From positions 32,001-96,000 of the forward strand of contig CAXXUO010000008.1 in the NCBI GenBank assembly GCA_963666485.2: DNA of 64,000 nucleotides, written 5' to 3'. Origin of the DNA: Syntrophorhabdaceae bacterium. GTDB lineage: Bacteria; Desulfobacterota; Syntrophorhabdia; Syntrophorhabdales; Syntrophorhabdaceae. Numbering within the stretch: position 1 is the first letter of the stretch; the number at the start of each line of letters is the position of its first letter. A model generated the notes under the pieces. It ran no database searches and was not told where the DNA came from. It saw only the letters and a program-made list of their open reading frames with translations. The position numbers were made by a program, and so were the translations under genes. Below, one piece after another: positions 49,338 to 58,865 of the stretch.

Positions 49338-49413
49338 ATGCTACGTCCTCCTTCTCTCAGGCAGGAAAGCGTCTGCCTGTCTGGTCCTCGTAACGATCCG
49401 GGTGCCGTTGACC

Positions 49414-49986
49414 TCACATCTGCACGCTGCTGCTTAAATAATCAACGACATCTTCGAGGGAGGAAATCTCCTGAGCTTGCCGATCTTGTAGCTCTTTATC
49501 TCTTTCTCTTTCACAAGGCGATAGAGCATGCTCTTGCTGATCTGAAGCATTGCCGCGACATCGTTCGGGTTGAGCATGCGCGTGGTATAGACAGGTTTAA
49601 AGTGGAAGTTGAATGCCGTGCTGCCGTCCGGGGACTCCTGCATGGACATCTTTACCCCGTGATGCTTGCCGCTCAAAAGGTCCTTGATGCAATTCATCGA
49701 CTGCACGACCTGGGACTGCTCGTGGCTTAACTGGATCGAGGAAGATCTGTTCCTCTTCTCCGGTAACTTCCTTGAAAATGAGGTGGTCGCCGTCCTGGAT
49801 GTTGAAACTCCCCGGGGAGGCGATCATGGGGCTCGGGGACGACACCTCGGGCAGCTGTTCTATCTGGACCACTTCCTGATCGCTGACCGGGCTCGTGGCA
49901 GGAGCAGTCGTATGAATTTCAACGACAGGGTCCTGTGAGATCGATGCGGTTGTCTTCCTTCGTTTGACTATGCAGATCTTTTCCAT
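49414..49986 (-). pseudogene. HTH_17 (excisionase/BldC-like) domain protein broken by frameshifts (pseudogene or sequencing error)
   Basis: ORFs 49597-49986 and 49434-49706 join into MEKICIVKRRK...QIF/SIQLSHEQ...MLNPNDVAAMLQISKSMLYRLVKEKEIKSYKIGKLRRF/LEDVVDYLSSSVQM*; shifts near 49740 and 49460. Confidence 0.75.
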
Positions 49987-50014
49987 GACTCCCCTTCGTA
50001 TACAATTTTTAAAG

Positions 50015-50041
50015 TTATCGCATTTCCCCTAAAATGCTTTA
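50015..50041 (-). promoter_or_regulatory. Sigma28-like promoter of the HTH-ExeA operon
   Basis: Minus strand TAAA-N15-TGCGATAA, 28 nt upstream of ATG 49986 with a GAAGGGGAG RBS. Confidence 0.65.
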
Positions 50042-50223
50042 CTTTACTTTTAAAACCGCTATTTATGACGCATTCTATATTAAATTACTTTTAAAAAACA
50101 AGGTTAAGTACATTAGAACTTATTCAAAAAAAGCTGTCAATCAAATTTAGCCTTACCGTCGCAATTGTGTCATTTATTGCTTTTTCGACCAGTTTTGTCC
50201 TACAATGGGAATCTACAGGGAAA

Positions 50224-52059
50224 ATGATAGAGACCCCGTCCTCATCTCAAACGAAAATTGCCGCCGTAAAAGAGGTCATCCGGTCGCTGGGCCTTGTCTT
50301 CGGCGATATCGGTACCAGCCCGATATATACCCTGACCATACTTTTCATTCTGCTCAAACCGAGTGAGGCGAATGTCATGGGTGTCCTGTCCCTTATCATC
50401 TGGACCCTCACCGTGCTTGTTTCGGTCGAATATGCGTGGCTCGCGATGAGCCTCGGCGAAAAAGGCGAAGGCGGGGCGTTCGTGCTCAGGGGCATCCTCG
50501 TGCGCCTCCTGAAGAAGACCCGTTCGATGGTCTTCGTCACGATCATCACGTACATAGGCATCTCCCTGCTGGTCGGCGACGGCGTTATTACGCCCGCGAT
50601 CAGTATATTGAGCGCCGTCGAGGGCATACTTCTCATCCCGGGGTTCGCCGGGACGCGGCAGACGACCCTGATCATCGTTGCAGCCGTCATAGCGATCCTG
50701 CTTTTCGCTTTTCAAAAGAAAGGCACCGACAAGGTTGCCGGGGCTTTCGGGCCGATGATGCTCATATGGTTCCTGGCGATCTCCGTATCGGGTATCCTGT
50801 CTGTCATACATTCCCCGCATGTGATCAAGGCGATCAACCCGTATTATGGAATAAAATTTCTGTACGAGAACGGGGTTGCCGGGTTCTTCGTGCTATCTGA
50901 GGTCATCCTGTGCGCTACGGGCGGCGAGGCATTGTATGCCGATATGGGACACCTCGGGCGGAAGCCCATCCTGAGGGCATGGTACTTCGTCTTTGTCGCC
51001 CTTGCCCTGTGCTATCTCGGGCAGGGGTCTTTCCTGCTGCGCCATCCGGGCGGGACGCACGTCCTTTTCGGGATGGTCCTGAGTCAGTCCGTCCTTCTTT
51101 ACGTGCCATTCCTCGTCCTGAGCATAATTGCTACCGTCATCGCCTCCCAGGCGCTCATCAGCGGTATGTTCTCGATCGTCTACCAGGGTATCAACACCCG
51201 GCTTTTGCCCATGTTCAAGATCGATTACACGTCGACCCATCTGCGTTCACAGATATACATAGGTTTCGTTAACTGGTTCCTCCTGATATCGGTGCTGTTC
51301 ATCATGTACGAGTTCCGGGAGTCCAACAAGCTTGCGGCGGCGTACGGCCTCGCCGTCACCGGGACCATGACCTTAACGGGCATCATGATGACCGCGATCT
51401 TTTACTTCCGCCGGATGTATTTCCGCATGGGAGTCTCTGTTTTTGTAACGATCGTGGACATAATTTTCCTCGTGTCCAACATGTACAAGATCCCGCACGG
51501 CGGCTACTGGTCCATAATAATCGCCCTGATACCGCTTATCATCATGCTCATCTACACCGCCGGCCAGCGGAAACTCTACCGGAAGATCCGCCCCCTGCCC
51601 CTCGACGTGTTCCTCGAAAGCTACAACCAGGTCTACCAGGAGCTCAACAAGATCAGCGGCGTGGCCCTGTATTTTGCCCGGGACCCGAAATTCATCCCGC
51701 CGTACATGGTCCACACGATGTTCCGGAACCACATTATCTACGAGACCAATATCATCGTATCCATAAAGACCCTGGATAACCCGTTCGGCATCAATAGTAC
51801 ATTCACGGAGTCGCTGGCGCAGGGCCTCGAGGTTTTCGAGATAACGATGGGATACATGGAGGTCGTCGAGATCGAAAAGATCCTCCAAAAAGCAGGCATA
51901 AACGAGAAGGTCATCTTCTACGGCCTCGAAGAGATAGCGACAGACAAGCCGTTGTGGAAGATATTCTCGATGCTGAAAAGACTTACCCCGCCGTTCATCC
52001 AGTTCCACGACCTGCCCCTCAACAAGCTGCACGGGGTTGTGACACGGGTTGAAATGTAA
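50224..52059 (+). CDS. kup: KUP/HAK/KT potassium transporter
   Basis: LGLVFGDIGTSPIY, GEGG, GDGVITPAISILSAVEG, GGEALYADMGH, QIYI, AAAYGLAVTGTM. Confidence 0.95.
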   Translation: MIETPSSSQTKIAAVKEVIRSLGLVFGDIGTSPIYTLTILFILLKPSEANVMGVLSLIIWTLTVLVSVEYAWLAMSLGEKGEGGAFVLRGILVRLLKKTRSMVFVTIITYIGISLLVGDGVITPAISILSAVEGILLIPGFAGTRQTTLIIVAAVIAILLFAFQKKGTDKVAGAFGPMMLIWFLAISVSGILSVIHSPHVIKAINPYYGIKFLYENGVAGFFVLSEVILCATGGEALYADMGHLGRKPILRAWYFVFVALALCYLGQGSFLLRHPGGTHVLFGMVLSQSVLLYVPFLVLSIIATVIASQALISGMFSIVYQGINTRLLPMFKIDYTSTHLRSQIYIGFVNWFLLISVLFIMYEFRESNKLAAAYGLAVTGTMTLTGIMMTAIFYFRRMYFRMGVSVFVTIVDIIFLVSNMYKIPHGGYWSIIIALIPLIIMLIYTAGQRKLYRKIRPLPLDVFLESYNQVYQELNKISGVALYFARDPKFIPPYMVHTMFRNHIIYETNIIVSIKTLDNPFGINSTFTESLAQGLEVFEITMGYMEVVEIEKILQKAGINEKVIFYGLEEIATDKPLWKIFSMLKRLTPPFIQFHDLPLNKLHGVVTRVEM

Positions 52060-52112
52060 GGACCGGCTCCCGCCCAAAACCCCTTGCATTCGCGCTACTT
52101 AGGCGAAAATAC

Positions 52113-52141
52113 TTGACAAACCGGCTTCAATCTATTTTAAT
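52113..52141 (+). promoter_or_regulatory. Sigma70-like promoter of the V/A-ATPase operon
   Basis: TTGACA-N17-TTTAAT. Confidence 0.5.
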
Positions 52142-52221
52142 ACTAGGACTGACTTGACGAAATAGCCCTGACATTTCCCGGCTGTATACTGCGCAGCCCT
52201 TTTGACGAAAAGGACTACGAT

Positions 52222-52533
52222 ATGGCGTCTCTTATAGAAAACATACTGTCACTTGAGAAAGAGGCCGACCGCCTTGTCGACGACGCCCATGCCCGGTCGA
52301 AGGACATACTCAAGTCAGCCGATGATGAATTCTCCCTCTTCCGTGAACAGGAAACAAAGAAACTCGAAGGGCGCATAGCACACCTGCGGGAAAAACACGA
52401 AAAAGAGTACAACGATCATGTTTCGCGGGCATCGCAGGAACATGCAAGAAAAATGAAGAGCGTGCAGCAGCTTTCCGAACAGTTCGTCAATCAGCAGGTC
52501 AATAAAATAATCGACAGGTTCAACAACTGGTAA
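52222..52533 (+). CDS. V/A-type ATPase peripheral stalk subunit G/H
   Basis: 103-aa charged coiled coil (ILSLEKEADRLVDDAH) heading the operon. Confidence 0.75.
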   Translation: MASLIENILSLEKEADRLVDDAHARSKDILKSADDEFSLFREQETKKLEGRIAHLREKHEKEYNDHVSRASQEHARKMKSVQQLSEQFVNQQVNKIIDRFNNW

Positions 52534-52536
52534 CCC

Positions 52537-54591
52537 ATGGCGATCGAACCCATTAAGAAGCTGACGGTCATAAGTCCCCTTATAAGCAGCAAAAAGCTGA
52601 TGCAGACTGTCAGGGAACTGGGCATTGTCCATGTCATAGATGCAGCGGAAGAGCTCGAGGAAGAATCGGTCCACCTGAGGATGAAAGGGTCGTCCACCGA
52701 GGACGTCGACAGTACCCTTCACAAGATCGATGCCATCCTCAATCTTCTCAAGACATACGCGCCCGAGGAACAGGGTTTTTTCCAGGGGCTGGCGCCCGTC
52801 CCGCAGGTAATAGAACGAAAAGAGCTCGAAGAGGCCATCGAGACCTATGATCTCGATGCAAGGTACCAAAGGGCAAACGAACTCGATGAGCTTATCCGCC
52901 GGAACGAACGCAACCGCACCGAGACAGAGGCGAAACTCGGCGTACTCCTTCCTCTCAAAGACCTCAGGTTCAAACTGGATGACATCCACGGTTCCCGCAG
53001 GTTCACGTTCATCTACGGCCGTATCCCGGTCCAGAACATGGGCGGTCTCGACAAAACCACCTATCCCTGGACGCATGCAGCCTGGGAAGCGATCGGTGAA
53101 CCCGATGAAAAGAATGCATCCGCAAAAAATGCAAGGAACACCTCCCGCATCCTCCTCGCCGTTTTGAATGACGACGCCGACGACGTCAGGGATGCGCTGC
53201 GCCGGCTGTCTTTTACAGAAGTCGAGCTTCCCAATCTCCCGGGAATGATAGAAGACCACGTGGAATCGCTTGAAGAGGACCTGGCGGAGCTCGGATCGGC
53301 GCACGAAAAGATACGTGCTGATATTAACGCGCTTGCACCGGACAGGCGTATGCTGGTCACGCTCAAGGCATACTGGACGTCCCACAGGAACGAACACCTC
53401 GCAATGGCAAAGACTCTGGGCGGCAGATGGGTCCATTTGCTGACCGGTTATATCCGGTTAAGGGACGTGGAAAAGTTCAACGCCATTATCGGGAGGGAGT
53501 TCCCTGAATCGGTCACAAACTTTGAAGACCCGGCTCCCGGCGAAAATGTGCCTGTCAGCCTGTCGCTGCCAAAGGCCTTGAGGCCCCTTTCGCTTATCGT
53601 CGAGATGTTCGGGCTTCCCCCGTACCGCAGTTTCGACCCGACGCCTTTTCTCCACATCAATTTTTATATTTTCTTCGGGATATGTTTTTCTGATGTCGGG
53701 TATGGCCTCATGCTTATCGCGTCATCACTCTATCTCATCAAAAGAACGAAGCAGTACGAAGGCGTGGCCGATTTCGGGAGGATCCTGCTCTACGGCGGGA
53801 TCAGCACAGTCGTCTTCGGCGCACTGATGGGATCGTGGTTCGGCGATCTCTATATGGAAAAATATCTTGGTGAAAATAACGTCCTCATGCGCATACAATC
53901 GCTTTTCGTCGTTATCGACCCGATATCAAAGATCATACCCGCACTTTTGCTCACCCTGCTTATAGGTGTTCTCAACCAGTTTTACGGTATAGGCCTGAAG
54001 ATGTACGGCGCCCTGCGCGAAGGAGACTGGAAAACAGCGGTGTTTGACGGCATTTTCTGGTATCTCACCCTCCCCGGCCTTCTCATCGTCGTCAGTAAAC
54101 TCTTTGTACAGACCCCGGCCGGTCTTTACAATACGGGACTCGTCCTGTTCTGTTCAGGGGTACTCGGCCTTATCCTCACACAGGGACGGGATATAAAAAA
54201 CCCGGTCGGGAGGATACTCGGCGGTATCGTGAGCCTGTACGGGATCATCGGGAGCTACGGCATGACCGCGTTCATCGGTGACGTCCTCTCATACTGCAGG
54301 CTCCTTGCGCTCGGCCTGACAACAGGTATCGTCGGCATGACGTTCAATATGCTCGGTGGTCTCATCAAGGACGTGCCCTACGTCGGGATCATCCTTTTCA
54401 TCATGATCGTGGTGGTCGGCCACCTCTTTAATTTTGTGATAAGCCTCCTTGGCGCATTCGTGCATTCGATGCGCCTCATATTCGTCGAATTCTTCGGGAG
54501 GTTCTACGATTCTGACGCCCGGCCGTTCCAGCCGTTGGGATTCGATTCCCCGCTGTGCGTAATAAAAAAAGAAGATGCGAGCAATGGATAA
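52537..54591 (+). CDS. ntpI: V/A-type ATPase subunit I (a)
   Basis: FDPTP, FFGICFSDVGYG, GDVLSYCRLLALGL, HSMRLIFVEFFGRFY. Confidence 0.93.
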   Translation: MAIEPIKKLTVISPLISSKKLMQTVRELGIVHVIDAAEELEEESVHLRMKGSSTEDVDSTLHKIDAILNLLKTYAPEEQGFFQGLAPVPQVIERKELEEAIETYDLDARYQRANELDELIRRNERNRTETEAKLGVLLPLKDLRFKLDDIHGSRRFTFIYGRIPVQNMGGLDKTTYPWTHAAWEAIGEPDEKNASAKNARNTSRILLAVLNDDADDVRDALRRLSFTEVELPNLPGMIEDHVESLEEDLAELGSAHEKIRADINALAPDRRMLVTLKAYWTSHRNEHLAMAKTLGGRWVHLLTGYIRLRDVEKFNAIIGREFPESVTNFEDPAPGENVPVSLSLPKALRPLSLIVEMFGLPPYRSFDPTPFLHINFYIFFGICFSDVGYGLMLIASSLYLIKRTKQYEGVADFGRILLYGGISTVVFGALMGSWFGDLYMEKYLGENNVLMRIQSLFVVIDPISKIIPALLLTLLIGVLNQFYGIGLKMYGALREGDWKTAVFDGIFWYLTLPGLLIVVSKLFVQTPAGLYNTGLVLFCSGVLGLILTQGRDIKNPVGRILGGIVSLYGIIGSYGMTAFIGDVLSYCRLLALGLTTGIVGMTFNMLGGLIKDVPYVGIILFIMIVVVGHLFNFVISLLGAFVHSMRLIFVEFFGRFYDSDARPFQPLGFDSPLCVIKKEDASNG

Positions 54592-54615
54592 ATCCAAAAA
54601 AGTGGAGGTACTATA

Positions 54616-55131
54616 ATGACCCCTGAATTGATCGAAGTTGGCCGCGGGCTCTGCTATGCCGGGGCCGGACTGGCGTTTGGCCTCGCAGGCATCGGATCGG
54701 CCTGGGGGATCGCGATCGCGTCCCATGCGGCAGCGGGCGTCATGCGGGAAAAACCGGAACTTTTCGGCAGAATGCTCGTCATGATCGCGTTGCCCGGCAC
54801 TCAGGGATTTTATGGCTTCATAGCCGCGATACTGATGATGACGCAAACGGGGCTTATCGGCGGGCAGCAGTTGAAGGTCAGCTTCGGCACGGGTATTGCC
54901 CTGTTCGTTATCGGCCTTGCCGACGGCCTGGCGCAGCTCGTTTCCGCGGTCAAGCAGGGGGAGGCGTCCGCAGCAGGTATTTCCCTCGTCGCGCGCCGGC
55001 CGGAGTCAGCGGGCCGGGCCATCCTGTTCCCGGCATTTGTCGAAACATACGCGGTCGTCGCGCTTCTCGCTACTATCCTGTTCATCATATTCCTGACGCA
55101 GCCTGTTGCACTGCAATACATGCCGAAGTAA
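54616..55131 (+). CDS. ntpK: V/A-type ATPase subunit K (c), 4-TM, Na+-binding signature
   Basis: GIGSAWG, LPGTQGFYGF, SAVKQG, VETYA. Confidence 0.93.
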   Translation: MTPELIEVGRGLCYAGAGLAFGLAGIGSAWGIAIASHAAAGVMREKPELFGRMLVMIALPGTQGFYGFIAAILMMTQTGLIGGQQLKVSFGTGIALFVIGLADGLAQLVSAVKQGEASAAGISLVARRPESAGRAILFPAFVETYAVVALLATILFIIFLTQPVALQYMPK

Positions 55132-55159
55132 CGGAGACAACGAAGGAGCACCATCTCAC

Positions 55160-55747
55160 ATGAGCCTCGAGAAGATAAAAGAAACGGTAATGCAGGCATC
55201 CGCGGCCGAAGCGGAGCGGATACATGCCGCAGCGCAAAAAGACGCCAGGGAAAGACTCGAGGCCAAGAAAAACGATCTCCTCAGGGAACTCGAATACCAG
55301 TACCAGGTAGCCTCCCGGCAGATGGAAGAAGAATATGCAAAAAAACTCGCCGTTTTTCAGGGAAACGCGGCAAAGGAGTTGCTGGAAGCCAAAAATGCCT
55401 CGCTGAGGTCCATACTGGAGACGGCCCACAGGACCGTGCTCGCCTTGACGGACGAGGAATACGGAAATGTCATGAGAGGATTCCTCGAAAAAATATCCGG
55501 CGGGAAAAAAGGGAGCGTCCGCGTACACGCGGATGACGCGGCAATCTTCTCTTCCGTTTTGCGGGAGATCAACAGGGCCCGGACCGAGGACGCACAACTC
55601 GCGCTCGATGATGAGCGCCTCCACACGAAAGGCGGATTTATTTTCATCAGTGAAGAGTTCGAGGTCGATGCCACGTTGGAAACCATTTTCAGCGATATTG
55701 AAAGATCGATACTTCCGGAGATAGCGGAGGACCTTGCACGCCTATGA
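55160..55747 (+). CDS. ntpE: V/A-type ATPase subunit E
   Basis: MSLEKIKETV coiled coil, C-terminal GGFIF..EVDATLE; AAGGAG RBS. Confidence 0.88.
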   Translation: MSLEKIKETVMQASAAEAERIHAAAQKDARERLEAKKNDLLRELEYQYQVASRQMEEEYAKKLAVFQGNAAKELLEAKNASLRSILETAHRTVLALTDEEYGNVMRGFLEKISGGKKGSVRVHADDAAIFSSVLREINRARTEDAQLALDDERLHTKGGFIFISEEFEVDATLETIFSDIERSILPEIAEDLARL

Positions 55748-56745
55748 GGTCGAAGGGATACATACCGCCTCCCATACGGAACCGCACTGAATGGGGCTTC
55801 GTATGCGGGCGCATAAGCGCCCTTGAAGGGAGGCTGCTCACCCGGGATTTTTACCGGAGCATTCTCGAAATGCGCCATACGGACGATATATTCCAGCATT
55901 TCCAGGGAAGTCTCATCGAGGATTATCTCGATCCCGGCATCCCCTGGGAAGATTTCAGCGCCGTCGCAGACGAGTGTTTTCATGACATGACGATGTCCAT
56001 ACGGAACGAATCGCCATCGCCCGTCCCGGCAGACCTGTTCCTTCTGAAGAATGATTACCTGAACATAAAAAGCGCGCATGCCGGCATATCGGGAACGCCT
56101 TTCCCGGCGGGCGTCATGCCGACCGAAACGGTCGAGGCCATCATGGACGGTTATTTTTCCGAGCTTCCTTCTTCATTCGGTCCAAAACCGACAGACGCCG
56201 GGATCGATCTCGACGACATAGACCCTTCGATTTCTGACGTTTTCATCGACGGGGCATACATGCGCCACCTTTACGAGATATCCGAAAAGATCGACAGCCC
56301 CATGATCCACGACTGTATAGACATACGCATCCTGGGGTATGCCATTACATCCCTGTGGCGCATCTTAAGACAGGAGAGGGACCCGCGGCAGCTCGTCGAG
56401 TTTCTTTTCGCGCCCGAGGATGACATGCGGGTCATACTCGATCTTGCAGAATCCGACCCTGCCGAATGGCCGGTCATTGTCGGGGGAGAGATCGGCGACC
56501 TGCTTGCCCGCACGATGCAGGCAGCGTATGACGAGCAGATATCGACATTCGAGCTCAAGGTGATCAATTTCATCCTCCACATGGTGATGCAGGCCCGCAA
56601 GGAGACGTCGGGCCCCGAGCGCGTATTCGCTTTTCTCAGCGCGGTCGAGGCCGAAATACAGAATTTGAAGCTCGTGGTCGTAGGAAAAATAAACCGGATA
56701 GAGCCGGACATCCTGGACCAGCGCCTGAGGTACATACATGGCTAA
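55744..56745 (+). CDS. ntpC: V/A-type ATPase subunit C (d)
   Basis: GRISALEGRLL, DYLNIK, EIQNLKLVVVGK; operon position. Confidence 0.85.
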   Translation: MRSKGYIPPPIRNRTEWGFVCGRISALEGRLLTRDFYRSILEMRHTDDIFQHFQGSLIEDYLDPGIPWEDFSAVADECFHDMTMSIRNESPSPVPADLFLLKNDYLNIKSAHAGISGTPFPAGVMPTETVEAIMDGYFSELPSSFGPKPTDAGIDLDDIDPSISDVFIDGAYMRHLYEISEKIDSPMIHDCIDIRILGYAITSLWRILRQERDPRQLVEFLFAPEDDMRVILDLAESDPAEWPVIVGGEIGDLLARTMQAAYDEQISTFELKVINFILHMVMQARKETSGPERVFAFLSAVEAEIQNLKLVVVGKINRIEPDILDQRLRYIHG

Positions 56746-57088
56746 AGCCTGCATAGTGGGTGAGAAACACCTCATCCTCGGTTTCAAGGGGATCGGGTTC
56801 GAGGTTGTTCCCGTAGCGGAGCCGAAAGACCTTGCCGAGGAGCTCTTTATGCTGACGCGCAGGCACGACGTCGGGCTTATCCTTGTCACGGAAAGCATCG
56901 TCGCCGAGGCGCCAAAAGGTGTTATCGAGGAGTTCCGCTCCCGGAGTTCAGTCATAGTTGCGGTGGTCCCGATGTACGAGGACAGCCCGCGGACAACATA
57001 CAACGAAATGAGGAAGGCTGTGGAGCGGTCGGTCGGCATAGACCTTTTCAGAAAGGACCAGGCCTTGGAAGAGAACGAGGGACAATGA
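56738..57088 (+). CDS. ntpF: V/A-type ATPase subunit F
   Basis: IVGEKHLILGFKGIG, VERSVGIDL. Confidence 0.88.
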   Translation: MAKACIVGEKHLILGFKGIGFEVVPVAEPKDLAEELFMLTRRHDVGLILVTESIVAEAPKGVIEEFRSRSSVIVAVVPMYEDSPRTTYNEMRKAVERSVGIDLFRKDQALEENEGQ

Positions 57089-58845
57089 TGGATGAGACAG
57101 CAGGACGGGTGATCAAGGTCTCGGGGCCTCTCGTCGTGGCGCAGGGGCTCAAAGGCGCCCGGATGTACGAGATGGTCCGCGTGGGGGATCTCGGCCTTTT
57201 TGGCGAGATCATCGAGATCAAGGGCAACGACTATTCGATCCAGACATATGAAGAGACCGAAGGCATCGGGCCGGGACAGCCCGTTGTCCGTACCCGGGAA
57301 CCTCTCAGCGTCGAACTGGGGCCGGGGCTTATCAGTTCCATCTATGACGGCATCCAGAGGCCTCTCGACGTGCTCGCCCGTGATTTCGGCGAGTACATCG
57401 TACGGGGCACGCAAAGGCCCGCACTCGACAGGAACAGGCAATGGGATTTCCAGCCGGCCGCCCGGACCGGCGACAGTGTCCAGGGCGGGGACATCCTCGG
57501 CACGGTCCAGGAAAGCGCGCTTGTGAGCCACAAGATAATGGTCCCGCCGGGAGAGTCGGGTACCGTACGGCGCATCGGGCCGGTCACGGGAAACGTCGAT
57601 ACCATGGTAGCCGAGATCGAGGGCCCGAACGGGGTCTTCAGCGTGACCATGACCCAGAGGTGGCCGGTGCGCGACCCGCGCCCCGCAAAGCGCAAAGTCC
57701 CCCCTCAGCAGACGATGGTAACCGGGCAACGTATTATCGACATGTTCTTCCCGATAACAAAGGGAGGCACCGCATGCGTTCCCGGGCCTTTCGGCAGCGG
57801 CAAAACGGTCGTTCAGCATCAGCTTGCCAAGTGGGCTGACGCGCAGATAGTCGTGTACGTCGGCTGCGGCGAGCGGGGCAACGAGATGACCGACGTCCTC
57901 ATGGAATTCCCGCATCTCAAGGACCCGGCGAGCGGCGAGCCCCTCATGGCACGGACCGTGCTCATTGCAAACACGTCGAACATGCCCGTCGCAGCCCGCG
58001 AGGCAAGTGTTTTCACCGGGATCGCAATTGCGGAATATTTTCGCGACATGGGGTACTCGGTCGCCCTCATGGCCGATTCCACGAGCCGATGGGCCGAGGC
58101 CATGCGCGAGATCTCGGGGCGTCTCGAAGAGATGCCGGGCGAAGAGGGATATCCCGCATATCTCGGTTCGCGTATCGCCGGGTTTTATGAACGGTCCGGT
58201 TCCGTTATCTGTATCGGTTCCAACGACCGGCGCGGCGCTGTATCCATTATCGGGGCGGTGTCCCCTCCCGGCGGCGACCTCTCGGAACCCGTTGTCCAGA
58301 CGACCCTTCGCGTCGTCAAGGTATACTGGGGGCTCGATGACAAGCTGGCGTTTGCACGCCATTTTCCCGCCATCAACTGGCTTTCCTCCTATTCCCTCTA
58401 CCAGGATATGGTCGACGAGTACGCCGACAAGAACGTTGACCGGATGTGGTCCATCAACAGGAAACGCGCCATGTCGATCCTGCAGAAGGAAGCGGAGCTC
58501 GAGGAACTCGTCCGCCTTGTCGGGGTCGATTCCCTGACGACAGAGGACAGGCTCCTCATGCAGGCCGCGCGCATGATCCGGGAAGACTTCCTCCATCAGA
58601 ACGCATTTGACGACCGCGATACGTACACATCGCCGAGAAAACAGTTCCTGCTCCTGAACCTCATCCTGCGGTATTACGACGAGATGCGCTCGGGCTTATC
58701 CGATGGCGCAACCCTCGAGGCCCTTCTGAAACTCAACGTGCTCGAGGACATCTCGCGGGCGAAGCTGATACCGGAGGATGAGATACAGCAATTCGAATCT
58801 CTTGACCATGATATCGTGAACAGTATCCGGGCACTGGTCTGGTAA
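57085..58845 (+). CDS. ntpA: V/A-type ATPase catalytic subunit A
   Basis: [43 protein letters not shown]. Confidence 0.97.
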   Translation: MMDETAGRVIKVSGPLVVAQGLKGARMYEMVRVGDLGLFGEIIEIKGNDYSIQTYEETEGIGPGQPVVRTREPLSVELGPGLISSIYDGIQRPLDVLARDFGEYIVRGTQRPALDRNRQWDFQPAARTGDSVQGGDILGTVQESALVSHKIMVPPGESGTVRRIGPVTGNVDTMVAEIEGPNGVFSVTMTQRWPVRDPRPAKRKVPPQQTMVTGQRIIDMFFPITKGGTACVPGPFGSGKTVVQHQLAKWADAQIVVYVGCGERGNEMTDVLMEFPHLKDPASGEPLMARTVLIANTSNMPVAAREASVFTGIAIAEYFRDMGYSVALMADSTSRWAEAMREISGRLEEMPGEEGYPAYLGSRIAGFYERSGSVICIGSNDRRGAVSIIGAVSPPGGDLSEPVVQTTLRVVKVYWGLDDKLAFARHFPAINWLSSYSLYQDMVDEYADKNVDRMWSINRKRAMSILQKEAELEELVRLVGVDSLTTEDRLLMQAARMIREDFLHQNAFDDRDTYTSPRKQFLLLNLILRYYDEMRSGLSDGATLEALLKLNVLEDISRAKLIPEDEIQQFESLDHDIVNSIRALVW

Positions 58846-58865
58846 TACAGCAAGGCGGGGAGATA

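Noticed and set aside
47433..49986. HTH_17 plus ATPase as a transposon (TnsC/IstB/MuB) or excision module
   Set aside because: No transposase, integrase, terminal repeats or target duplication seen; the ATPase N-terminus is ExeA-type.
50042..50223. c-di-AMP riboswitch upstream of kup
   Set aside because: The gap is AT-rich with no recognisable conserved motifs or helices by eye; an Rfam scan would be needed to exclude it formally.
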